A DNA stretch of 64,000 nucleotides from Macrostomum lignano (Eukaryota), in contig NIVC01002080.1 of NCBI GenBank assembly GCA_002269645.1, positions 124,001 through 188,000 on the forward strand, given 5' to 3'. The position numbers and the translations under genes were made by a program. This document shows, piece after piece, positions 36,219 to 59,856 of the stretch (position 1 is the first letter of the stretch; the number at the start of each line of letters is the position of its first letter). The notes below the pieces were generated by a model, which was not told the DNA's origin, did not search any database, and was given only the letters and a program-made list of their open reading frames with translations.

Positions 36219-37855
36219 TCTCGTGAGCATGTGGAATTTATCAGCTTGCCTGCGGACAGGCTTCAGCCAGCTGGTGCACAGGCGGGATCAGCGACCGCTG
36301 CTGCTGGAACTGGCCATGATGCTGCTGTCTACTCCAGTGCTGCTGTCCGCTGCCGCGCTGCTGGGACGGGCGCAGAGGAGGCGGGTCAGCGGTGCGCCGT
36401 CATGCAAGCAGGTGACTGCAGCGTGGGGCCTTGAGCAAGTGTGTACTGTTGGGTCCTTGGTTCCCTGGGCTGCCGTCACCCTCCCAGATGCTCATGCAGT
36501 TGCTGGGCTGCCGTCACCCTCCCAGATGCTCATGCAGTTGCTGGGCTGCCGTCACCCTCCCAGATGCTCATGCAGTTGCTGGGCTGCCGTCACCCTCCCA
36601 GATGCTCATGCAGTTGCTGGGCTGCCGTCACCCTCCCAGATGCTCATGCAGTTGCTGGGCTGCCGTCACCCTCCCAGATGCTCATGCAGTTGCTGGGCTG
36701 CCGTCACCCTCCCAGATGCTCATGCAGTTGCTGGGCTGCCGTCACCCTCCCAGATGCTCATGCAGTTGCTGGGCTGCCGTCACCCTCCCAGATGCTCATG
36801 CAGTTGCTGGGCTGCCGTCACCCTCCCAGATGCTCATGCAGTTGCTGGGCTGCCGTCACCCTCCTCTATTTTTTTTCGATCAGCATCTCGGGTAGAAGCT
36901 TGCAGGCCCACACACTGGAGCCCATGCAGCTGCCAGCCAGCTCCATCAGTCACAAAGATGCCGCTGCTCCCTTCAAAATACAACCCCCCCTGCCACTGCC
37001 ACATCGCTGAAGCTCCGCGTCCATCGCAGCCTTCTGTGCGCCTTCATCGGCCACTACAGCGTCAGGTCCTTCCGCATCGTCACTTGGCCAGCCGTCTCCG
37101 CCTGCGTCTCCGGCCGGCCGTCGCTGACTACCCAGACGCTGACCGCCGCCGCTGAGCTGGCCGACGCCGCCACCTACTGCACTATTTTCGGCTGGCTGCT
37201 GGCCGAGTCGCTCTGCCTGCACGTGGACACCCTGGCCAGGGCCGGCCGCAGCTCCCAGGCCGCAGGCCGGCTGTTTCCTTACAGCGCCGCCAACGCGGCA
37301 AACTTGTTCGGCTGGGGGTCGCCCTGCCTCATCGCCGTGGTGTACTTCTCCGTGCACCTGCTGCCGCCAGGCCGGGACGGCGGCAACTCCTGGCTGCTGG
37401 TGAAGCGGAACAGCAGCTCGGTGTTCTCCTACGCTGTGCGCCTTCCTGCAGGCTGCCTTCTGCTGAGCAGCCTGGCCATCAGCGCCTGGTCGCTGCGCAT
37501 CTGCCTCAGCCGGGCCGCCGCCAGTCAGCCGAGCGGCCGCAGACTGGCCAGGGCGCTGGCTCTCGCCAAGGCCGCCGCCAGTCTCTGCCTGCTGACTGGC
37601 GGCCTTCTGCTACTCGAACTGCTGCCCGGCGACCTGCTGGAATCGTCGAATGTCGGCGTCGGCGGTTGGGGCTTGGAGGCGGCCAGGTGCGCACAGATCA
37701 GCCTGCTGAGCCTGCAAGGCCTGCTGGTGACGGTGCCGCTGTGCTGGGCGAATCGACGGCTGGCTAGCCTGCTGTGGCCGCGCCGGCTGCGCAGGCGGCG
37801 ACATCTGCGACGACGATGGCACGCGTGGTCGACAGCTGCCTGCAGCCGAGTGTAG
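36219..37855 (+). CDS. Divergent class B (secretin-like) GPCR, partial; approx. join(<36219..36411,37013..37855)
   Basis: MWNLSAC resembles the W-N-x-S-x-C end of the hormone-binding domain, followed by TM1. The phase-0 splice CAG|GTGACT to GAAG|CTC gives SCKQLRVHRSLLCAF (class B C-x5-H-x-x-L). TM3 YCTIFGWLLAESLCLH, TM4 FGWGSP, TM7 SLQGLLVTVPLCWAN. The upstream exons were not found, and both acceptors are weak (AAG). Confidence 0.7.
36465..36864 (+). repeat. 38-bp minisatellite (GGGCTGCCGTCACCCTCCCAGATGCTCATGCAGTTGCT) in the GPCR intron
   Basis: About 10.5 perfect units starting about 53 bp after the donor at 36412. Confidence 0.96.
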
Positions 37856-38104
37856 GGTCACGTGATTCGCGCAACTTCAGCGTTATGGAATCTTAACAAT
37901 CGTAATCCTTATCTCAGTTGTCAAGACTAATTTAGTTACTAAGGCACTGCTAACCTTGGGAACAGAGGTGTCAAATCAGTGCGGCTAAGTTAAGGGCCCC
38001 CCATAACTTTCTTCAGCCTATTGGGGGGGGGGGGCGATGCCCTCCCTGCCCTCTCCCAGGCTACACCCCTGATACTAAATGTATATAAACTAGATGACTA
38101 GCTA

Positions 38105-38540
38105 AGCCAGCTGGGCATATTTGTTTGGCCTAAAAGTTTATCTATTTTAATTTCAGTAGTAAGGAAGCATCTGTAAGCTATTTTATAAAAAGAAAGGCAG
38201 CTGGAGGAACTTGCAGCTGGTAAACGGCTTGCTATTGGCGCAGCCGTTAATGTACATTAGCCAGCACCGCTGAGAATGTACATGGTAGGCAGCTTTAGTG
38301 CTAGGCTGCAACCACTTGAAGAAGGCAATAAAAATTGGGCGGTAGGGCCGGGGGTGGGGGTAAGAGGTTTTGGTGGGGTTTGGTGGGGAAACCCAGTCAG
38401 GGGGGGTACGAGGCTGAGGTGGGGGGGGGGGTTAAGAGAGCCAATAAACGAGTCCTGTCAAAAATACATTAAAATGCTTTTTTATTTAACTTTCTACTGA
38501 ACTGAAAGTAGCTTACACGCAAATATGCGCCGAGTGGCCC
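38105..38540. mobile_element. MITE-like element (about 430 bp)
   Basis: Ends GCCAGCTGGGCATATTTG / CAAATATGCGCCGAGTGGC with internal inverted TTTCAGTAGT / CTACTGAACTGAAAG. Second copy at 39.2 kb. Confidence 0.6.
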
Positions 38541-39206
38541 ATCCAGTTATTTAATAGAAAAAATCCTGATACTACAGGACTTCCTTTTTACCAATAAATT
38601 AACCGTTTCTCCCACCCTCTGTCTGAATTTACGATAGCATTGCATGTAGACTTGGTTATGCGTGTTTCGATCTCCCCAGACAGTAGTTGATTTGGTGCTG
38701 TTAGATCTAGTACGAGCTACAGATTTGTAATAAATTTATTGTATTTTGCTTTCTGATTTGTAAATCGCTTCTTTCTAACAAAGAGTTCTTGTTTGTAAAG
38801 GACTTTTCCTGGCTATTTTACTTGCATTGTAATTTGTAAACGTACCATACTTTCTTTCAGGGAAATTCGTCTTCACGCTTGTAGGTGTATTTCTTCCTTT
38901 AATAGTGGTAACTTGATTTTCTAAGCCTGAGAGCTTTATTACACACTTCCGGGTTGAGATTAAGGATTGGTTTTAGTGCTAGCTCAACCATTCTGGATTG
39001 CTAAGTACTTCAGGTGATAATAAACAAATCTTTCATATGGCTGTTCCATGATAAATTAAAGCATTCCCTCATGACCGCTTCAGGTTTGAATACAGAAATG
39101 AATTCAGACATAAGTCGCTTGTGAAGTTTCTATTTGTATTTTTAAAACGCAATAACTTCGCGTTAAAGCCACAGATACTAAAATAACTATTCATACATGT
39201 GAATGC

Positions 39207-39607
39207 GCCACTCGGGCATTATATAGCTCGTACTTAGCAAAACAGCTGTCTACTTTCAGTTCAGTAGCAAAGAAGAATAGATAAGCTATTTTATAAATAC
39301 AAAGGCGGCTAAAATGACTTTGCTAAGTTTAGAAGCCCAAGCTTGCAGGCCTAAACAGTTTAACTTGCTAATTGGTTCTGCAATAATGTACATTGGCCAG
39401 TCCACAGAAATGTACATGGCAGCAATTAGGCTGGAATTCCGAGAAAGGAAATAAAAATTGAGACGGGGTAGTGTGGGAAGGCGCTGTTGAAGAGTTTAAG
39501 CTGGGGGGGGGGTAAGAGCCAATAATTAAATGAGCCTACTTTCAAACGCTTCTGTTTAACTTACTACTCAACTGAAAGTAGTTTACACACAAATGTGCTG
39601 AGTGGCC
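39207..39607. mobile_element. MITE-like element, same family as 38105-38540
   Basis: Ends GCCACTCGGGCATT / AATGTGCTGAGTGGC with internal CTACTTTCAGTTCAGTAG and its inverse. Confidence 0.65.
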
Positions 39608-40324
39608 TACAAATGTTTCTAGGAAACAACTCGCTTTCTAGGAAATACTGGGCCATGCAGACAGAGAAATTCATTTAGTAAGGACATCATCGGTGCCGAG
39701 GCTGTATGCAGTTTTCTTGTTTGTCCAGAAAAAATTGTGCTCTCGGCTGCAGGGCAGTCAGAGAAATCGAACTGCCCTCAAGGACGAGCGGCTGCACAAG
39801 CTGTGTAATTACTTTTTTGCTGAATTTCTGCTTACAATAGTGCGCTAATAATTCCCCCATCAGTGACCACTTCTGCTTTAAATCTGTTTTTTAATAGTGG
39901 ATTATACGATCGTATACTACATATTATATTATATTTCACTACTCCGCCGCAAATTATTAAAATAAAAAAGATTTTCAATATTTGCTTTGCTATTATGCTT
40001 ATCTGCACGGAATTGAGTTTTAGGAACTCAACAATTGCTGCCCAAATAGATCGATAAAAAAGGATGAGGGCAATTAGCGGTTTAATTATGCTCTCGCCCG
40101 GATTTCAGAGAGCTCGTAAGTAAAACAAAGAAGCTATCGATTCGAAACTTTTAAACTTCGAACGTAATACGATAATTACACTAATTACGAGGTCAATATT
40201 TATTGAACGAGCATATTGAAACATCTTGCTAGATTATTTCTGTGATAGATAAATTAAATATTCGACAAAAAACACGAAAAGTCAATACAATCGATCGACT
40301 TCAGGATGTTCTGGTGTGATTGTG

Positions 40325-40520
40325 TGTACAGTTTGTGTACAGTTTGTGTACAGCTTGTGTACAGCTTGTGTACAGCTTGTGTACAGCTTGTGTACAGCTT
40401 GTGTACAGCTTGTGTACAGCTTGTGTACAGCTTGTGTACAGCTTATTTACAGCTTGTGTACAGCTTGTGTAAAGCTTGTGTACAGCTTGTGTACAGCTTG
40501 TGTACAGCTTGTGTACAGCT
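40325..40520 (+). repeat. 11-bp repeat (CAGCTTGTGTA)
   Basis: About 17 units. Confidence 0.95.
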
Positions 40521-42255
40521 CACAGACCCGGCTGTGTTGATGGTTGACACAACTAGATTAAAAAGCTGATCGGAGTACTTCTATTTTCTTCTGTATTGAA
40601 TTTAAAGCTATTCCGCAGGTGCAACAGGCGGACTAATTAAATAGCTAATCTCCTATACTTGTCTGCAGGGATTTTTAATGCACACCTGACTCATCCATCA
40701 TTGCAAAGCTGAGTGAGGCCTCAGATCTGTATTGACCCGAGTCCCAATGAAGTGCTGAGCGCCTCGAAATTAATCAGATTAACCTGTCTAGTCCCAACTC
40801 GAATCCTGCCTGGAGATTCGAATCGAGGCAATCTAGACTGAGTTCATGTGAATCGGAGCGCTGTCGAATGTCAGATTAGCCATGTCCCGAGGTATCCGTG
40901 GGTCTCCTGCGCACTTGACTCCGCCTGATGCAGGGCTTTCTTAGCCTCGACTCGAGTTCAGCCCCGGGAGTGTTGCGAGAATAGCTGCCTCATTTCTGAG
41001 ATGATTAATGAGTCGCTCAATCTCCTTCTTCTTGCCTTGCAGCACTTCCTTTTGTAACCTCTAAATCCTCTTTTTCTGACCAGCCGGGACCCCTTTTATT
41101 ATCCGTGCATGCCCAGCAGGTGGGCCAGCTCGTTTCCTCCCTTCAACTTGAGCTTGAGTTGCCCTCCCTTCTTCTGTCTCTGCGCCTGGGTGCCTTCGTC
41201 CTGCCCTCTTTTCCCTTCTACTGCCTGTTTGATTCCTTTTAGAGCTGCCTGGATTTCCCTAGCTGTCTTTTGCAGACCGGCCCCTCCATCAACTGATGGT
41301 GCAGTTACAATATTCCCCCCCTCCCAAAGCTGGGAAGTCACTTTGAACCGTGACTGCTCCTCCCCTCCGGCCTCCTCCCTTCCTGCAGTTTGAATTGGCA
41401 ATCCAGAAATAGAAATTAGCGGAGCCAAGAGCTTAATTACTGCTAGCTACTAAAGAGCTCAAACCGTTCAACTCTCAGCTATAAGAGATGCAATCAGGAG
41501 TTTCCGTTCTGCTTTACGAGCTAGAAGCAGAAATTCCCAGAATTTCTAGATCTTTGAAGTGCATCAGTTCAGACTCTGCAACAAGCAGGAGCAACCAGTC
41601 AAAAGGAAAGGGAGATGAATCAAAATAAGAAGAATTTTTTGATTGAAGCCGGAACAAGGCAAGCGGCTAATTTCCCCTGGGAGAGCATTAACAGCAATAG
41701 CAGCAGCGGCTGAAGCGGCAAAGGCACTCAAGCACGACCTGGCTGTGGTCCTCCACTCTGGAGATGGGACCTTAACTTGTTGCTTTTGCTAGAAAGTTTC
41801 TGCCAATGCATGCGCTTTCTCATGCATAAGTAAACTGAACACTTGTTCTGCGAGGCCTTTTCCTTTTGCATTGGTTGATAAAAAACCCAGCTACACTCCG
41901 CAATGTGTTCAAGTTTCCGCTCCAAGACCAGTTCCGACACCAACTCTCCATTCTCTCCTCACCAGCCTAAGCCGGGCCTTGTGACGCAAACTGCATCACC
42001 CGCAGATGAGACGAGAGCCGCGGGCGTAGTGTGAATTGCGTCACTTTAGGGCTGAGATCTGAGAACAGTTCATGACCGCTGGTTTCACGGGTGGAAGCTT
42101 AAATATGTTGCTGGGTGTAGTTGCCATGGCGTGCGACTTCTGACTCTCTTTTATTAAAAGTACAATTTTGAACAGGCGCAGAGCAGCTCAGCGGTAGGCG
42201 CGCCAGACTCTCGCGCCAGACCTCTGGCTTGATTCCACCTTCATTTGGGGCTTGT

Positions 42256-42355
42256 GTCGCGTGATTCGCAACCATGAGGGCCAGCCCCCCCCCCCAAGGC
42301 CCAGAGAGTGTACATGCCTGACGATTAGACAGTCAGGGCCGCTGTACACCCTGTG
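42256..42355 (+). mobile_element. Partial copy of SINE-like family 2 upstream of the SLC17 gene
   Basis: Near-identical to the 22549-22643 fragment. Confidence 0.7.
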
Positions 42356-42931
42356 TGAGCGTGTCTGTGAGTGCGTGCCTGCGCAACAGCATGTGCTCAG
42401 GAGCCAGCGGAATGGGCAGAGTTGCCTTCAACGCTGGTTGTGGGACGGTGTGCCGCAGCCCTCCTAGAATGATTATCATTTTACTCTAGGGTCACTCATT
42501 GGAGGGTCACTCGGCCTCTGCATCGAGCGTCGGGTAACACGCGAGGTCACCCTAAGACAAATCTATTTTTCTCGTCCAGCAGAATCTCGCGCGCGCAAAT
42601 CCCAGGAGAGAATTCGTTCATTGAAAAAAGACAAGCTAAGGGTTTTAATTCTCCTCACTCGCTTTTTCAATACAGACGGCTCTGCCTAATCCAGAGCTGC
42701 CACGCAAATCCGTTCACCTGGCCTTCCTGACACTCGCTGCTTTTTAGGGCCGTGAGATCGGGTGGGACAGGGGGGCAGGGGACAATGCACTTCAAGCTCC
42801 CTGCCCTGTCCAATCCAGCCATCTCTTGGAAGAATTCTCCAACCCAACCCCCCCTTCCATAGCTTCAACTATCGCGTAAAAGCGGGTCTAGAAGCTTAGA
42901 AGCAGCAGCTTCAGAAGAGAGGAACTCAGCC

Positions 42932-56341
<13,410 letters not shown>

Positions 56342-56355
56342 TGCCCTTCTAGTTA

Positions 56356-56419
56356 GGGTAAACGGCGGGAGTAACTATAACTTTTAAGAGAGAGTAGAAT
56401 GCTTCGCCATCTTGTTAGT
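56356..56419 (+). other. Short diverged fragment of eukaryotic 28S rRNA (helix 69-71 region) just after the SLC17 stop
   Basis: GGGTAAACGGCGGGAGTAACTAT is a 23/23 match to the conserved 28S sequence, followed by TTAAG..GTAG..AATGCTTCGCCATCTTGTTAGT (28S: TTAAGGTAGCCAAATGCCTCGTCATCTAATTAGT). Confidence 0.8.
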
Positions 56420-57286
56420 ACAGATTAGCGATGTGAAGTTATATTGAAGTTGAAGTCAACAAAATAGGTTTAAATAATTATAGTAAGGGGGCATTTCACA
56501 AGCTCGAAATTTCACATTGTCAAAAATTCGATCTTGTCAATCAGTTCTGTCTGGTCACAACTTAAACCATTTCGAAAATTTTAAACTTATTCGAGCTTAT
56601 CAAAGTTCGCTCCAGTCAAAGGTAACCAGCTTCTACCTTCGTATTAGCAGTCAGTGGTCCTTGTTTTTAGACACAAACACACACCTGACCCACTTCAGCC
56701 AATGTAACGAATTGAAGGCTGCAATGTACTTTTACTTCAGCTTTTTCTATTTCTAGTTGTCCTTGGCTTATACGTAGAAAAATGCGCTTCATTAACTGAG
56801 TTCTCCTCATCGAGCGAGTGTGAGTTTAAAGAACAGTATTTAATTAAGAATTTTTGTATCGCTAATTGTTATTCAAAATTACAAACTCATTGTAGTACTT
56901 TCAGTAGAGCGTTAAGTACTAAACAAGGAAGATTTACTGTCTGGACATGGCCTATACTCGAAGCTCTTGGACTGAAATGCAGAGAATGAACAAGCCGATT
57001 GATAAAGTATAGCACTATAGTACGCAAAAATTATAATGTATTAACTTTGCCAAGCTGTTGCCATGAACTATAAACCATTGCGTAAAATATAATTAGTTAT
57101 TTTTCTTTTAATCACGTAAAAACCTGGCCGTTCAAATGAACTTTTAAAAATTCTTTCATAACTTTTGAAACAGGAATACAATTTAACTGCAATTTATACT
57201 AAGTCATCTACTTCAAATAGGTCGGTACCGGTTTATTTTTATAAAGATATCACTGTAATTAGAATTGGAACTTTAGAATAAAGTCT

Positions 57287-57967
57287 ATGTCAGACAATCG
57301 CATTAACTCACATTGGAGTCTGTCAGACAATCGCATGCACTCACATTGGAGTCTATGTGTCAGACAATCGCATGCACTCACATTGGAGTCTGTGTGTCAG
57401 ACAATCGCATTGGAGTCTGTGTGTCAGACAATCGCATTGGAGTCTGTGTGTCAGACAATCGCATTGGAGTCTGTGTGTCAGACAATCGCATTGGAGTCTG
57501 TGTGTCAGACAATCGCATTGGAGTCTGTGTGTCAGACACTCGCATTGGAGTCTGTGTGTCAGACACTCGCATTGGAGTCTGTGTGTCAGACACTCGCATT
57601 GGAGTCTGTGTGTCAGACACTCGCATTGGAGTCTGTGTGTCAGGCACTCGCATTGGAGTCTGTGTGTCAGACAATCGCATTGGAGTCTGTGTGTCAGACA
57701 CTCGCATTGGAGTCTGTGTGTCAGACAATCGCATTGGAGTCTGTGTGTCAGACAATCGCATTGGAGTCTGTGTGTCAGACACTCGCATTGGAGTCTGTGT
57801 GTCAGACAATCGCATTGGAGTCTGTGTGTCAGACACTCGCATTGGAGTCTGTGTCAGACACTCGCATTGGAGTCTGTGTGTCAGACAATCGCATTGGAGT
57901 CTGTGTGTCAGACACTCGCATTGGAGTCTGTGTCAGACACTCGCATTGGAGTCTGTGTGTCAGACAA
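57287..57967 (+). repeat. 27-bp minisatellite (GACAATCGCATTGGAGTCTGTGTGTCA)
   Basis: About 25 units. Confidence 0.96.
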
Positions 57968-58599
57968 TTGTACTCCTGTTTCGAAGAAAGGAAGCAACGG
58001 AAAATATTAGTTGAGAAATATAAGGAAAGCTAAAAAAGATAAAATCATTGCTCCCGGCGACTGTTCCAGAGTCCGACATCAATCGGCAGTATGAAGTTTC
58101 CGACGCAAAATCAAAGCCCAAGCCTGATCCACCCAGTGTTGAGCACATCCTGTCAGTCAATCATATTTGGCCGGATCACTGACTGTTCGCTGGTGCTTTC
58201 TGTATTCAAAGTATCAATTTTCAGTAGCTATTTGCAGCATCTTCACTGGCTCCAGTATTCGGTCATAAATCAATCAGGAGTCTTAGTCAGGAAAAGAGCA
58301 GCTGATTGGTTGGTGCCTCTCAACTTTGACGCCATAAAAGGAGCTGAAAATCATTTTTCCATCTCTCTACTCCACTCCTGCGCCTGTTTAACAGTAGCTG
58401 AGAACTCATCTTTCGAAATAGCAGCACATCGGTGAGTCACCCCTGCAATGATAGATTTAATGAAGGAACTCAACGCTCAACTGCCTATATGGCCCGTTTT
58501 TGTTCTTTCAGAAATGCAAACCCGAACTAGCGACTCTTCCAATTAAAATTATTGCCTTTTAAAAACTTCCCGTGTACAAATTCAACTTTTTGGACTTGT

Positions 58600-59066
58600 A
58601 CACGGGAGCACTTGTACACACAGACAATCATCTTGGCGCCGCAGGCACTCATTTTAACACCGCAGGCACCCATTTTGGCGCCACAGGCACCCATTTTGGC
58701 GCCGCAGGCACCCATTTTGGCGCCGCAGGCACCCATTTTGGCACCGCAGGCTCTCTCATTTTGGCGCCACAGACAGACACTCATTTTGGCGCCACAGACA
58801 GACACTCATTTTGGCGCCACAGACAGACACTCATTTTGGCGCCACAGACAGACACTCATTTTGGCGCCACAGACAGACACTCATTTTGGCGCCACAGACA
58901 GACACTCATTTTGGCGCCGAAAGCGCTATATTTTGGCGCCCTAAAGCAAAATTATTGATTTCCACAACGGGTGACAGGGTGGGGGGGACAAAGCATTGGC
59001 ATGTCCCTCCGTAGCTTCTACACTGGGGGACATGTCCCCCTGCCCCCCCCAGCGGTGATGCCACTG
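58600..59066. mobile_element. TIR-type element end (…GCGGTGATGCCACTG) carrying an expanded ACTCATTTTGGCGCC array (58620-58942)
   Basis: The terminus reverse-complements to CAGTGGCATCACCGC (hAT-like). The body is homologous to 14095-14301. Confidence 0.65.
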
Positions 59067-59553
59067 TCTGTGATAATACCAGATATATTGATCAGGCAAA
59101 TATTTTCTATCGCATCGAAACAGATTTCTCTTGTTAGGGAATAATCAAGCTAAGAAATTTTTTGACTGACTGCTACGGAATTCAATCAAAAATGCACGGA
59201 GGCGGCTTCTGCCAATTTTGCGAAGCCTGCCTCTCTTTTTTCAGGTCCTTCAGTCCGTGTCTGCGCGCCTTAGTCTCGAGTGTTTGCTAAAAATGCATTC
59301 GGAGGAAGCAAAAAAGACAATAAAGCAGCAACAAAAAATCGCTCTCAAAGAAGAAGAGATTTTTAAAGCATTGTAGTCGTTAAAACAAAAAAGCTATTCG
59401 AGAGCTTGTCGTTAAAAGCATTTTCCAGCTACACTCTGTTGGTTTCATTAACGAAAAAGCAGCGCATTGTGCTCTCTCCTGCCGGTAATTCAGATTTCAG
59501 TCACTTACCATCGCCGCACTGCCTCTCGAACCTTCTGCAGCCCAGGTCGCGCC

Positions 59554-59856
59554 ATGCCCCGACTGCTTGCCGCCTTTCTACTGCTTTCGGCCTGTGCGAT
59601 TCTGGCCGCCAACTGCCTGCCGACTTCTCCTCTGTCAGGCCGATTCCAACAGCGGCAGCCTCATCAGCTTAGCCGGAGTCTGGCTGCCGGTGATCAGGCC
59701 GACTGGCTGACGCTCGCCGACGCTCTTCGACTGCGCCAACTGGACAGGCTGGTGGGCGAGTTGCCAGGCGAAGACGCTGGATTTGATGAGGCCCAGCAGG
59801 AGAAGCGCGGCTTTCGAGGCAGCCTGCGATTTGGCTCGAATTTCGGCAAGAAGTGA
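59554..59856 (+). CDS. Neuropeptide precursor, 100 aa; predicted peptide GFRGSLRFGSNF-amide
   Basis: GCCATG Kozak context, a hydrophobic signal peptide MPRLLAAFLLLSACAILAANC, an acidic propeptide, a KR dibasic site and a terminal G-KK amidation/cleavage signal. Confidence 0.8.
   Translation: MPRLLAAFLLLSACAILAANCLPTSPLSGRFQQRQPHQLSRSLAAGDQADWLTLADALRLRQLDRLVGELPGEDAGFDEAQQEKRGFRGSLRFGSNFGKK

Noticed and set aside
37963-38071. Tiny element with CAGAGGTGT / ACACCCCTG inverted ends
   Set aside because: Only a 9-bp imperfect TIR, no TSD and no second copy in the window.
56356-56419. rRNA gene
   Set aside because: Only about 64 bp of diverged 28S similarity, so it is reported as a fragment.
58091-58435. 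114-aa ORF with a downstream GTGAGT
   Set aside because: No signal peptide, domain or partner exon; either strand could be a decayed TE.
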